A DNA stretch of 64,000 nt from the NCBI GenBank assembly GCA_964016885.1, contig OZ024744.1, positions 99,510,001-99,574,000 on the forward strand, written 5' to 3'. This DNA comes from Eledone cirrhosa. Lineage: Eukaryota. The notes under the pieces are model-generated. The model was not told where the DNA came from and made no database searches. It saw nothing but the letters and a program-made list of their open reading frames with translations. The translations under genes were made by a program, and so were the position numbers. Positions 14,707 through 28,582 of the stretch are shown here, in pieces. Positions within the stretch are counted from its first letter, which is position 1, and each line of letters starts with the position of its first letter.

Positions 14707-14770
14707 TATTTTGTCTGAAGAAGGCATAACATATTTTTAATGATATCCCTGAAATATATATAATGAAATA
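14707..14770 (+). ncRNA. Minimal type I hammerhead ribozyme motif (Penelope-like-element type)
   Basis: Core CTGAAGA (14715-14721). Stem II 14722-14732/14740-14750 (9 of 11 pairs, closed by A-U). GAAA at 14751-14754. Palindromic stem III ATATATAT, AUA cleavage triplet at 14760-14762. Stem I 14707-14714/14763-14770 (8 pairs, 2 G-U). Confidence 0.65.
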
Positions 14771-14924
14771 GATATGGTTTTATAAATATAATTTCCATTT
14801 ATTTAATATCGTATATATATATATATTTTTAGAATTAAAACTAAAATATTTGCATCAAATATTTTAGTTTTAATTCTATAATTCAGGTTTATACTTGAAA
14901 ATATTAAATTGAAAAATCACTGTC

Positions 14925-15346
14925 ACTCTCTCTAGTGCTTTCTCTCTCTCTCCATCTCTCGCGCTATCTCCATCTCTCTCTCTCGCTCTCTCCCCATCTC
15001 TCCATCTCTTGCTCTCTCCATCTCTTGCTCTCCATCTCTCGCTCTCTCCATCGCTCTCGCTCTCGCTCTCTCTCTCTCCATCTCTACTGCTCTCTCCCTC
15101 TTTAGCGCTCTCTCTCTCCATCTCTAGTGCTCTCTCTCTCTCTCTCTCTCCCTCACTAGCGCTATCTCTCTCCATCTCTAGTGCTCTCTCTCTCTCTCTC
15201 CCTCACTAGCGCTATCTCTCTCTCTCGTTCCATCTCTAGAGCTCTCTCTCTCTCCCCATCTCTAGCGTGCTCTCTCTCTCTCTCCCCACCTCTAGCCTGC
15301 TCTCTCTCTCCCCATCTCTAGAGCTCTCTCTCTAACTCTCTCTCTT
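14925..15346. repeat. (CT)n-rich compound microsatellite with recurring CCATCTCTAG/CGCTCT interruptions
   Basis: Directly visible; produces the E/R-rich and L/S-rich ORFs. Confidence 0.92.
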
Positions 15347-15489
15347 GTGTTCATAATGTTAGCTCTGTTGTCCAAACAAGACAATGAATGCACAGATGTT
15401 GATGGTTATTTAAAAAGGATACATAGGCATGTCTAAGGTATCCCAGTGATATTAAATACTTTAATCTGAAGACTAGCTAGGTAGCTGGT

Positions 15490-15665
15490 TGTTGTTTTGT
15501 TGTGCTGAGAGTGAAGGGAGGGGATAATTGTGTGGCTTGTTGTTATTGTGCTGAGAGTGAAGAGGGAAGGAGAATTGTGTAGCTAGTTGTGCTGATGGTG
15601 AAGGGGAGGGACTGATAAATGGGGGGAGTTGTTGTGCTGAGAGTGAAGGGGAGGGAGGATTGTGC
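15490..15665. repeat. Short degenerate tandem repeat (TTGTGCTGAGAGTGAAGGG core, 4 copies, ~43-46 bp period)
   Basis: Core at about 15500, 15546, 15588 and 15632. Confidence 0.8.
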
Positions 15666-18600
15666 AATGGGCCATTGAAAATTGAATGCTGATTTGACCT
15701 GTAGGGCTTTTTCCATAACAATCAGCATCATACATCTGTTGATACCTGGACTTAGTGAGCTGCAGCCTTTTGGTGTTGAAAAAGGGTCAATGTGGTCTCT
15801 TGACCCCGGGTGTTAGTGAATCCTGCTTCCATTCTCTTCCTTCTGCATGGCAGTATGGTCTCGCAGATAGCAAACATTTAGAATGTTAGACATGGCTGGC
15901 TCCCATTTTTACAGTGACTGGTTCAAATATCTACCCTTTCATTCCTCCCACCCTATCTGTGAAAAATGATTTAGACCAGCATATATGTATGGAGCTGGTA
16001 CAGGAGATTCAAAAATTTTGGCAGGCAATCAGTTCCCTGTTTAGTGTTAAATTCCTTTTTTGACAGATGATTTGGCATTTACATTCTCAGTGGAGATCTT
16101 TATCATAGTCTTATTTTCTCTCCCACATTGCTGTCTAACTCACTTGCATTTTGTATCTACCTTTACTGTGCTTTGGTTAATTTACAAAACATTGAGGAAA
16201 TTTGAAAATGTTTGCTTCTTTAGGAAGCTGCCACAGTGCAGATAACTATAAATAGTTGAGTAAGTTGGGCAACGTACCCCTGGGGAAAAAAGTGTACAGA
16301 AATGTATTCACTTTTTTTTATCTCCAGGGATACATTGCCTGACTTAATGGGAATCATTGTTTAATGTCAATTTTTCCACGCTTGCTTGGGTTAGACAGAT
16401 TGTCACAAGTCAGATCAGGTGACCACATTTTGTTCATATAGATCTGTATTATGGCTTGGATTCTATGACTGGATGCCCTTCCTAATGCCAACCATATTAG
16501 TGGACTGGGTGCTTTTTATTGTGGCACCCAAGCGACCATCTAACAAAGTAAACTGGGTGCTTTTTCATGGTCACCAAAACGACTAACAAGATGGACTAGG
16601 TAGTTTTTCAGCGTGTCACCAACTCAACCACCTTACACAGTGAACTGGGTGCTTTTTTTTTTGCTTTTTTTTTATCAACACAACTACTAAAAAGGTTGGA
16701 CTGGGAACCTCTTGTGTCATGAGAAATTTGATGTGGGGTGTGTTCAGTTTTCAATGCTTGTATGCATGGGTTGGACTGGAGGTGTATCGGGGTGAGGTTT
16801 TCCGGTATGGGGTAGAGGAACGAGTAAGCAAGTTCGACATGGATGAGATGTGTACATAGTGTATCTAGCATTTATGCTAAACTTAGCAATTTTATTGAAC
16901 TATCCTTTTGTTTCAGCCAATACAAGTCTTTTCTTTTGCAAAAGTCTTAACTGTACCACTGCCTTCAACCTAACCTACAATCTTGCTCAGTTAATTTTTG
17001 TAGGGGGACGTTAATTACTGTGCCCTAACTCATCGTCAGACCAGCAAATAGAGAAATACAGTTGAGTGTATGCAAGGTCTTCTGAGATTCTTACTATTTT
17101 CTTCCCCACCCCCTCCTAATGTTTTTGGAGTTATTAACATTTACTCTTTTATAATCCTTCTTGTGTCATTAAAATATGGACAAGTACTGGGGTCAATATA
17201 ATCACACAAAAAAACAAATTGTTGGCCTTGTGCCTAAATTAGACATTGTTTCCCTTTTTATATTAAACTTCATATTTACATCTTTTTCCTTTGTTTTTGT
17301 GTAATTCACCTCAGCTTATTTATACTTTTTGTATCATCTCCATGAAAAGCTGTTAAGGACTAATTTGTGTGTAATCCTTTTGTTACAATATTTCTAATGA
17401 AAAACATTGGCTGTGATTTTTAAAGAATTGAAAAATAATCATTGATTAGAAAGGATTTAGTAATATAACTTTCTCATTAAGCTGGTGTTTAGGCCATAAC
17501 TTATCAATTTTCTTCCATAAAATTATAATTTAAATTTAAACAATCACTACAGCTTTGTAGTATATAGGCAAAGTAGTTTGGTATCTAAGGCGCTAGTGTT
17601 TTCTCTTTTTAACATTCGGTAAAGTAGTTGGTGATAGGAAAGGCATCAAGCCTTAGAAAACCTGCCAAAGATATGGAAGATTCTTCAGCTGTATCAGACA
17701 TGAAAATTTCTCTTTTGTGTTGATTTACACAAATGTGCCCCGTACAATCTGTAAAGTGGTTTATAGAGAACTTGCCAAATGGTCAAAACTCTTCAACCTC
17801 ACTAGTGTTGGTGACAAGATAAACACACTCAGTACATTCTGTAAAGCAGTTGGTGATAGGAAGGCATCCAGCCATAGACAAGCTGCCAAACAAAGGGTTA
17901 GGAAGATTCTTCAGAGGATTCAAATGCATGACAACCTTGTTGGTGTCATTATAAAATGTACTCAGTAATATGTAGGATCATGTGAATTGTGGACTAATAG
18001 CTAGTCTGAGCAGGGTGCATAAATGATATGCAGGCTCCGGTCCACTGTGGGGTTAGTACCAACTTGGTCTGTTGATGACCTGACCAACGTTGCAGTGAAA
18101 ATGGATGTTAAATGAAGTTTTTAAAGGATTAGTGTGTGTGTGTGTGAGAGGGTGGGCTGTGCTTTACCAGAAGTATCCCAAACAACCAAATCAAGTAAAA
18201 CAGCTGTGTAAAGACTTAACTAACACTGTATTGGTACAGATATAAGGATTTTAAGTAGTTTGCTTTGCAACCATGTGGTTTAGGTTTAATCCATTTGTGA
18301 CATCCTCAGTGTATTCTACCATATCCTTACATTGACTAAATTGCCTTGTAAATGAAACAAGTCCATTGAGCAAAAGAATACCTTGTGCTTATGTGGTTCA
18401 CCTAAGTTACAGTCTTTTTGTCATTCTCAACATAGAAAATGATTGGCTTGTTGGAAACTTATAATCTACAACACTATTATTAATAAAATGCATGATACAA
18501 AATAACCATTGTAAATATTCATTTGTTTAGCCCTTTCATGACAGCATTTCTAATGAAATACACTCTTTCAATTAATTTTTAGGGATTTACTAAAATTATT

Positions 18601-19248
18601 TCATTACTAAGATAGTAACTTAATGTAAGGTTCTTATATAAAATTATGTTGGAAGATTTTAATTTAAATTGGAAACCTTTAAAATGGCTGACTTTATTTC
18701 ATAGAACCAGAGCTGGTTTTGGCTGGATTGAAGTGTAATGGGTCCACTGTAAAAAAGAATTGTAGATGAAGTTCCTTGCATAAGTTTGGGTTCACTTATT
18801 CTTTTATTGATCCTACTAGCAACACATTTCATGAATTAGCAATAGTTTGAACTTCATACCATTACTTTATAATAATCCTAAACACAGGCCAAGAAAATTA
18901 ATGTTAATCTAATGTCTCTACAGTTTAGAACAAGTTGGGACCTCTAAATGTTAGAGAGGGAATTGACAGTTGTTAGGCATTGGTTTAAAATTCCTTTGTA
19001 TTTGTTCTGGCTCAATGCATTAATTTGCATGCTTTAAACTAGCCGTAACTGGCTACTCGTACTGATGTTAAGGTGGTGTTCTTAAAATAAATATCAATCT
19101 CATAGATTTAATATTGAGATATTATGTGAGGTAAAGACTTTACTATCAAAATACAATAGTAAATATAGAATAATGTAAATGCTAAAGTGTTGATGTACCA
19201 GTCAAGTACTGGTGTAAATTCTTCCTATCTCTTTGTCATATTTTCAAA

Positions 19249-19279
<31 letters not shown>

Positions 19280-19819
19280 CTTCTAGTAAGTTTTATTTCT
19301 ATGATGGAACTTTGACAATAACATAATCATGTTGAAGTGATTTGATTTAATTTTCAATTTCACTGAAAATGTTATGACTGTGCTTGACTAATAAAGTTGA
19401 GCAATCTTTGCATCTGAAACCAAAATTACACATTTTCTTCTCTGAAAAACCATTTATAGAATTGTTGTGTTGGAGTCCTACCAGCTTCTTTTTCGATATC
19501 TGTCACAGTCAACAACCCCTGAGCATTTGTGGTGGGAAGGTTCTAAAGATATATATACATTCATCAGCACCAAAATTTGGGAAATATAAGTTTCCTCTTC
19601 CAGTTTCATAAGATGCTCAGTGATAATCTTTTTTAATGTCTTACAAATATTGATTTTGAATTAAACAGCCAAAGGCATAATATTTTTTCCTCAGTGGACC
19701 AGGAGCCTGCATCTCATGTGTTTCTTCATTTGAATATTTTTGTGTAGCACATTTAGAACATTAGAGCATCAAAAATATTAATATAAGCAGAATTCAGAAG
19801 GAAGAAATAGTATTTCAAG

Positions 19820-20760
19820 GAAGCGACAATATCTTCAATTTGTTAGAATGTTGAAAATTTCACAGCAATTGTCTTTGAAGCCCTTTTGATTTTTCCATGG
19901 AAAAAGACAGTGAAAGATAGTATGGAGCTAAAGTACATTGTGGGTAGCAGTTTAAATACTGGCTTGCTAAGATCATTTTTTTTCATATAATAGACTGGAT
20001 AACTCATCAGACAGGAGCCTGCTTGCCAAAGCAAACACAGATTGGGAAATCATGTATAAAAGTTCCATGAGAAACTGTTGTTCTAAATCCAGACTTTTGT
20101 TTTAATATTGCTAGTGTCCTGTCAGCTGTGCAGCCTTTGAAATCTTCCCATTTTAAGTCCTATTGTTTTTAGGATGCCTGCTTTACTTGTTGCTTCTAGT
20201 GGTGCAATCATCAATGTTTTCTTAATGCCTCCATTTTCTACATACCATGTAGGTACATGTACTGAGCTCAATTTGTAAATCCAATTTCATATATATAAAT
20301 CTTGCCAAACACTTGCTGTAAAATACCCTTGTATTTTATCTATTTCATCATTGGTCTGCATTGTTAGAGATAAACTTGTAAAAAGAAAAGAAAAAAATTC
20401 TCCTATAGACATAACATGCTTTATCATTTGCTGCTAGTAGGTCAAGGTTTTCAATGGCATAACCATGGCAGTTATAAATGAGACTTGATAAGATGCCTTC
20501 TACTGCACTAATTTGACAGAAAATACTACCACTTAGATCCAGATCCATTCATTGTTCCTTGAGCATGGTTGCTCTATGCTTGTCTTTAAATTCCGGATGA
20601 GTTTTCTCCAGATGTGGAATAAGGTGGCGGTTAAGGAGACTTCATTGTTATTTGACAAAGCACATATTGTGGAATGATCATGCCATTGTTTACTGTGGGT
20701 ATTAATCTCAGCTGTAGATGTTTCTGGATGTGAAAAGTAGAATGATTGCAATAAGATAGC
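19820..20760. mobile_element. Highly degraded LINE (RTE-like) remnant(s)
   Basis: The minus strand has a decayed RT catalytic-motif-like segment (IENLDLLAAND). The plus strand near 19850-20050 has decayed 'FH..CL...W...V' and 'LPKQ' C-terminal motifs. Broken frames. Confidence 0.35.
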
Positions 20761-23528
20761 AGTTAAGATCAGATGAGTTATTCACTCAAGATATTGAAGA
20801 TGGGAGTAGAGGAAAATGTCTAGAAAGTCACTTATATAATCTATAAATTCAGGAATTCAAATGAATTTTTTAAACTGCTTATAGTTTTTTGATATCAATA
20901 AATTTTAGTTTTCCATTGGGTTTTCCATTTTTTTTGTTTTCACCCTTTAACTGTATTGGTATGTTATATAATTCTAACTGACCAATGATCCATCTGGAAT
21001 TTTACAATGCTCACTCTTTTTATTAAACTGTCCAATTTTTTTTTTTTTTATCAAACTTTTGTTGGAAGAACTCCATGTACCATGCTTCATTATCATCCTC
21101 ATCGCTGTTTAATGTTGACCTTTCATGCTAGCATGGGTTAGACAGGTTGTCTCATTTGAGAAGGGTTGGGTCAGGTGACTGTATCCTGCTCATATACAAC
21201 TGCTTCTGGCTAGATTAGTACAGCTGGATGCCCTTCCTAACCACATTTACAGTGTGTGTGCTGGGTTCGTTTTGCCGTGACACCTACACGACCACTTTAC
21301 AGTGTGGACTGGGTGCTTTGATTTAAAATAAATATAACATTTTATGTCCGCCTTCTATGTTTGTATGGATTGTCACAGTCTGTGACTAGATGGGTAAGAG
21401 CAACCAGGTCTTGCTCATACATTCCATATTTTGCAGTGTACTGGTTAAATGCCTTTCCTGATGCTAACTATACTACATAGTGTGTTGAGTGTTCTTTCAC
21501 GACACTAGCACTACTATGCAGAGTGTGTTGTGTACATTTTATTGTGGCACTAATACACATACATATAGTGTATGTAAAGTGGTTGTTTTGGTGCCATGAT
21601 AAAAAGCACCCAGTTCACACTGTAAGTGTGGTTAGCATTAGGAAGGACATCCAGCCATAGAAACAAAGCCAGAGACGGTTCTGTTTGAGCAAGACACTGT
21701 CATCTGATCTAATTTCTCTCAATGGAACAACTCATCTAGCCAAGACATGGCTAGAGAAAACATGTTTGGTTATTGCTACTGCTTGCAATAAGTATACTCT
21801 TAATATCCTGTACCACATCAACAAAACATTTTTGAAAAATAAACAGCACTACAACCGCATTGCATTAAAAATTAGTCATTTTTATACTGCAAATTTTCAC
21901 ATTCTGTTCTCTAGTAATGATACTATAAACATTTGAATTAACAAACTTGTTTTTAGATAATTTTGGTTAAATCATTACAGGCTGTTAAGTCAAACTTGCA
22001 ATTTTTCAGTAAGTACTTCTAAACATTTAATATATTGTTGCTAAGATAAATTAAACAAAAATTTTAGTTTGAAATTTAAATATTTGAAAGTAATACGGCC
22101 AAACTACACAAATAAAGTAAGAATTCAGTCAATTTATTTAGTGTTTTTCTCTTGCTGCTGAAACAGTCTTGTATGTCTTGTCTGTAAAAACGTCTCCTGA
22201 TGGAGGTAACTATATCATATAGACATATATATATGTAACGAGCAATAAAATTGACATATGTTAGTACATTCTATTTGAAAATCTTTATGCAGATAGCTTT
22301 GCTCACACAAAATACCCCCCCCCCCCCCCACTCACCCATCAGCTAATCCTTGTGGACAACAGAACATCCTAGCATTTATCAGACAGTTACAGGACAAAGA
22401 AACACATTCATATATACAATGTTCTGCATATTTTATCTATCAAATTCTACCCAAACGTATCATAGGAACCACTTGGTTATGAAGCAAACTTGTTAGGCAC
22501 AGGCATAATAGTGTCTTTATCTATATATGCAAATCAGATAACGAAATGTAATCTCTCTTGTTAGCTAGAGAAAATTATGTATGTGTGTATCTAAAAATTT
22601 TCACACAGTTGAAGTTGATTTTATTTTTGAGAATAGCTAGATATTTGCAAACATGCAAAATGTGATTCTCTGTCTCTGACTCTGGCCCTGCTAAGAAGCT
22701 AGTAACTTCTAAAAAGAACCAACCCATACTAGCATATAAATCGGACAATAACATTTTATTTGTATTACATACAAAAATTAATAAAGAGTAGGAAGAGGTG
22801 ATTATTCAAGACCCAAGATTTTCACATTACTACTGCCTTTCTTTCATATTTGATTGGATGAAAGGAAGGACACAGGAAAGATGGTTTTTATTTTTAAGAA
22901 ATTTTGTTTATATATCTAGAAACCATTTTGTAATTGCTGTTAAGAGATCATAAATGACTGTTTAGATATCTCAACTTTAAAAGAAAATAGCACCAATAAC
23001 GTGCTTTGCTAATTATTATTCCATTGGTATTTACTTTCTTTAAACAGAGCCTCATAGTTGCTTTTAATGTGTAAAATTAGACAGAAGTTTGTACACAGGA
23101 ATTTGTCATATAGGGAATGGTTCATTGAATAAGAAAAAAGATTTTTCTGAAATCTTTTTCAAAAATGTCAGATTTATCTTTTTTCCTCAGTGTACAGACT
23201 TATCCAAACACTATAACTTCTGCTGACCCCTAGTTCCTGTAAGGTAGTAGTGGTGCTGGTGCCACAACATAAAGCACCCAGTCAACTCTGTAAGGTGATA
23301 GTGTTGGTGCCACAAATAAAGCTCTCAGTCCATGATGTAAAAAGGTTGGCATTAGGAAGGGCATCCACTCAGAAAACCAAACGAGTAATGTAATGTATAA
23401 GAAAGGCATGGCCACCTAACCTGTTTAGTATCAGTATGTGACAGCTTGGAAAACACTAAATGTTGATGATAATGGTACATTAGTCTTCCTTGGACTCTGT
23501 TTTTTGATGTGATAAAACTAAACACTTG

Positions 23529-23728
23529 TTAACCCTTTAGCATTTCTATTGGTTTATATTTATTTTCATGGTAAAGGCTTTACCTCACATATCGAATCTG
23601 AGATTTTGATATTAATTTTGAGAACAATACCTTAACATGAGTATGAGTGGCCAGTTACAGCTAGTTTGAACAGAAAAAGGTGGGGGAATTCGGGCCAGAT
23701 ATGGCCAGTTTAAATGCTAAAGGGTTAA
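23529..23728. mobile_element. TTAA-flanked piggyBac-type MITE, family 1
   Basis: TTAA-CCCTTTAGCATTT ... AAATGCTAAAGGG-TTAA. Other copies at ~19030-19192, 41825-42039, 48547-48728, 56455-56668, 56733-57255, ~59920-60076, ~60208-60411 and ~60590-61075. Confidence 0.9.
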
Positions 23729-25542
23729 ATATTCTACTGGATTTCTGACTTTCAAATTCATTTCCTTTGCTTGGATCTTTTCAAAGAAAATGTATTCATC
23801 AATTAGCAATTATAGCTTTTTATTATCAGTTTATACTATTTGTGGAAAGGATATTTCCAACAACTAATTCTGTAATTTGTTTTTTTTTTTTTGTTTTTTT
23901 TTCCCCCCTTGTATTAGCTCAGTAGCATTGTTCTCGACCATTCAACAAACTACAAATTTTCTAATTATAGCCTTTAATTCTACAGGTATGATAATTAGCA
24001 ATGTTTATCTCGGGTGAGGTTATGATGATTGCCTAATAAGCAACAAAGCAATGAAGTCCATTTGTATAATGAGTTCAGGCAATAAGATATGTGAAAGTAA
24101 TTGCAATAGTATAGAACTTTTGGATCATGTTCCCTAATTTTGCTGAATATGTTGTCATTTATGTAGCATAAATCTTTGCCAAATTGGCTAACCATCCCCA
24201 AATACAACTATTACCATCTTAACATCCTGTAGTAGTTTATTAGAAAATATCTAAAATAGGTTTAATTCAAATAAATGTTTACCAGTGGACAGATTGTTAG
24301 AGTAAAGACTTCAGTTTTTAATGTGATACATAGTGCTGTTTTGTACTTTTCAAGAATGTCTTGCTAATGTGGTACAGGATGTTGAGTTAATCCCATTTTA
24401 CACTTTTTCCCGTTTAATATATCGTGACTATTTATGACACCTCTGTCATTTTCCTTGTATATTACTGCTACCTTGCTGGCATTAAAACTTGGAATTTCTT
24501 TAAATTCAGTTTGTAATTTCATAACACATAGCTAAGATTATTAGCCAACCCTTTACTTTTTGTGTAAAACTATTTCAAACGATGGAATTTTGTTATTCCT
24601 TTCTATACTTTGAAATTGCACCAATCTCTGACTATCCCATATTTGCTATAAATGTGGTTAATCATCCCTTCTAAATTCCCAACTGCTTTACTTTATATTC
24701 AACTATTGTAACTTGTAGTCTATCACTATCATCATTTTTGACATGTTTTTCTGTGTTGACATTGGTTGGATAGGTCTATTGCCACTTGTCCATGTCTTTT
24801 ATCATTACATTTGAGACCAAACATTTTGCTGCTCTCAGAACTTGTCAACTATTTGCATCACATATTCTTACTAGCCTAGTAGTTTTAGTGTCGGTCCCAT
24901 GATCATATGATTAGTCTGATTCTTGGATTAAGTGGTGCATTGTGTTCTTAAGCATGGTGCTTCATTTCACACTCATATCGTTAAAACACCCGAGAAACTT
25001 GCGATACAGTTAAACCAGTTTAACAGGTGGCCAGTTAAACCTATATAAGTGTGAGCTCTAACATCATGATAGGACTGGGGTCCCTATCATTAAAATGCCT
25101 GAGAAACATATGAAATACCTTGTTGACCAACTAAATTGATATAGATGTGAGCTGTAACATACACGACATGGGCTCCTATCATTTAAACACAAAAAAACCC
25201 CAATGATATACAGCCGCAATGGCCAGCTAAACTTACCAGAGGGGAGCTGTTTCATTTTAACACTATGAATCCAAGAGATGCTGCTTGTCCCATTTTTCTC
25301 CAACTTCTGCAGTTGTTCACATCCAATGTCTGTGTCGTCCTGCCATGCAGTGTCACATATTTCAGTATACATTGAGAAACACTTATCAAAAGAAGCATCA
25401 GCTCCTTGAATATTTTACACTGCTTTGATTCTTACCTACAGCTAGCACAAATAAATATCATTTAGGTAACATCAACTATGTCTATTAATGTGTAAGCACT
25501 GTCCATGAAATTTGTTTCAAAGGTGTTCCTTTTGCTGTAAAG

Positions 25543-25800
25543 GTACATGGCTTATTGGTTAGTGTTTAGCTCATAATCATTAGGTTATGAATTCAATTCC
25601 CAGCAGCATGTTGTCATTGAGTAAAATACTTTATTTCATGTTGCTCTGGTCCACTCGGCTAGCAAAAATTAGTTGTACCTATAATTCAAAGAGCCAGCTT
25701 TATCACTGTCATGCTGAATCTCCCTGAGAACTACATTAAGTGTACATGTGTCTGGAATGCTCAGTCACTTGCATATTTTCTCGAAGGCAGTAACATATCT
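25543..25800 (+). mobile_element. tRNA-derived SINE (degraded)
   Basis: A-box-like TGGCTTATTGG and B-box-like GAATTCAATTCC, then the conserved 'ttgagtaaaatactttatttcatgttgctctggtccactc' body. Relatives at ~38140, ~38565, ~47070, 56881 and ~62585. Confidence 0.75.
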
Positions 25801-26107
25801 AAAGATCTGGTTGTCAGTCCGACAGACTCCACTGTACATTTTGAGTGTGTTCTGCTTTCCTACATATTGAGCAAAATAAAATAACTCCCTAGATGGTGCT
25901 GACCATGTTTCTAGATTTGCAGCATTTTCTGAGTGTTTGGCAGTACAACCAAAGACAGTTCTTGAACAACTACCCCTGGTCTCAAAATCTATAATAAATA
26001 GCAAGGGTTGTTTAGAGCCCTGGTGAACACCTACCTATCTCTACACTAAATTTAGCATTTGATTTATCTTTTAGTCACTCATGGTTATTGCAGTTTGCTG
26101 GCATTGG

Positions 26108-26334
26108 CCCTTTCATGACTACATTCCTAATGAAACACCCTCTATTTTAATTGATTAATGGAGAATTTTGAGGGATTTACTAAAATTATTTCATTACTAA
26201 TACAGTTAACTTAATATAAGGTTCTTAAATAAAATGTTGAAAGATTTTAATTTCAATTGGAAACCTTTAAGATTGGTAGTTTTATTTCATAGAACCAGAG
26301 CTAGTTTTGGCCGGGTTGGTAACCAAAGGGTTAA
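26108..26334. mobile_element. TTAA-type MITE, family 2
   Basis: CCCTTTCATGAC ... AACCAAAGGG-TTAA. Same-orientation copy at ~18530-18742. Opposite-orientation copies at ~12779-12988, 32000-32236 and ~49022-49232. Confidence 0.8.
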
Positions 26335-26803
26335 ATATTCAAACTGGTTTTCTTTTTTAAATATTGGACAAAGCAATGAATCATTTATGAAATTTATTGA
26401 GCTATAAAATGTCAAGAGCTCTTGTCAGTTCTAATCAAGCTATCAACACTTTAGTATGAGATTTATACTGTTGTCATAAGCAACACTCAGAACATTGGTT
26501 CAGCTACAAATATAACATTGCAGAACTTTAGTTCTGTTCTGAAAGAACAGCTTCTTTAACCATATTAACCCAATTCTAGATTAACTGCTCCCTTCCTTCT
26601 CTTTTTTTTCAATTTTTCTCTTTTTCCCTCTCTCTCATCTTATAACTTTAGTTTTTCTTTCCCTATTGAATCTTTCTGACTCAGACCAGTGAGCAATAAA
26701 TGTCATCGTGGCTTTTCGTTCACCCCACATACATCGCATTCCAGTCGTGACCATCCCATTTTGTATTTTATATTATATTTAAAAATGTTATCCAATGTGT
26801 TCA

Positions 26804-26835
<32 letters not shown>

Positions 26836-27248
26836 TCTAGCCAATCAAACAACCATATAGTGGATCCCTTTTGTACTCCTTGATTTAGTTTTAAAAATCT
26901 TTTTTTAATAGAATACCATATGTGTGTGTGAATGACATTTTTCAGTCATTTATTCCTGTCAATTCATACTAGAGAATTTAGCTGAACTCGAAACTTTAAA
27001 ATTTGTATTAAAAAGTTATGTCTTAGTCAAAGACTAGAATTATCTTCTGACCAGGAACCTTCTCCGATCACTTGTAACAAAGGGGACTCAGCTGAAGCGC
27101 CCTAATGACCAAATGGTAATGTTAAATCGTCAAATTATGTCTACCATCCAAACACAAATACAGTCATTCTGATGAGCTGTCGTCACACATTTAACTCACT
27201 GGGCTTTGGTTGACCCAAGGCCATGGTAGAATGTTAGAATGTCTAGGG

Positions 27249-27694
27249 CAGAGATGGAGAACATGTGGTCTTCAAAGACATTCTGTGCGGCCTTTTGAAA
27301 GAATCAAAAATTTCCAAATTTTTTATTTTTATTATCTGTCTCCCTATTTTAATTTAAAGCATAAGATGAACATTTTTAAATACCTAAGAGTAAAAGAAAA
27401 TTCAATGAAATAACCCACACTGACAGCCAGCCAGAATTAAAATATTAGATCATAAGGGCCATTTCAGCACTTTCTATATCCTTCTTTTCATTGTGATTCT
27501 AGAATGTACACTAAATTACCATTTGACTGGAGCTACTATCATCCAAGGCTTGTTAGTGAGAACCCACAGGGATTTAGTACACGAGTGATTAACAAAAAAT
27601 TAAGAATATATAATTATGGTTTCTTGAATGCAGCTTTATTATATTACAAGTAACTTAATGCAGCCTTTCAACATGAAAAGGTTCCCCACTTCTG
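27249..27694. mobile_element. Non-autonomous hAT-like DNA transposon
   Basis: Imperfect terminal inverted repeats CAGAGATGGAGAAC / GTTCCCCACTTCTG with subterminal (T)GCGGCC/GCAGCC motifs. No intact 8-bp TSD. Confidence 0.5.
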
Positions 27695-28540
27695 GTGACT
27701 TGCAGTGAAACTGAAATTACATAGTTACCTCTTTAAGCACACACTCATGCCTGAGACCACATTGGCTTGATTAGTTTTTTTTTTATTCTTGCATTTGTTG
27801 ATTATACTACGTATGATCTGCCAACTATTTCAAAATATTTTGCAGCAAAGCATGATAAACCTTCAAATATCATTTGTCAACAGTGCTCTGAAATTATCGT
27901 GGGATACACAAAATGTTCAACATCTCCAAAACATTGTGCATATTGGATGTGACCATACCCATTTAATTTTTTTCAATGAGGCTTAAACTGCATCAATAAA
28001 TCTGTCATAGAGGCTAGTGGATAATTTATCCAAGGAATTTTTGAGTGTATGAAGATAAATGTTAAACAACTTGCTTTTTGTTTGCTTTTCTGGAATTGAT
28101 GATTCCCTCCCATTCTTTTCAAAACTACTTATCACACAAGCCTCTCTATTACTTCTCGCAAGCCTCTCTATTACTTATCACACAAACCTCTCTATTACTT
28201 ATCACATACACACACACACACACGCACACACCTCTCTATTACTTATCAGACACTTTATTTTACAATCATTTTTCTTCCTGCAATGCATTTCTATCAATTA
28301 TCTATCAGTCAGCATTATCATAATCATATTTCAAATTATAGTCATAATAGTTTTATTACATTTTTTTTTTTCATTCTCCACCCTCCAGTTAAAGAAAGGA
28401 GAGGATTTCTATTATAGATGGCTTCTTGGAAGAGCTTTCTACCATGTATGTGCTAGTGAAAAATATCTTTAAGATAAAGAGTACATCAAAGAAATCACTA
28501 TTGAATAGTAGCTAATATATTTTTCTCCATGTTTACTTAG

Positions 28541-28582
28541 GTCTGGACCACAAAATCCACAGGCTGGCCCTGGGGGTCCACC
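28541..28582 (+). CDS. Syb: Synaptobrevin exon 2, (M)SGPQNPQAGPGGP(P); 42 nt, phase 2-2
   Basis: ttacttAG|G TCT GGA CCA ... CCA CC|GTAAGT. GC-rich island in AT-rich intron; Pro/Gly-rich N-terminus typical of synaptobrevins. Confidence 0.92.
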
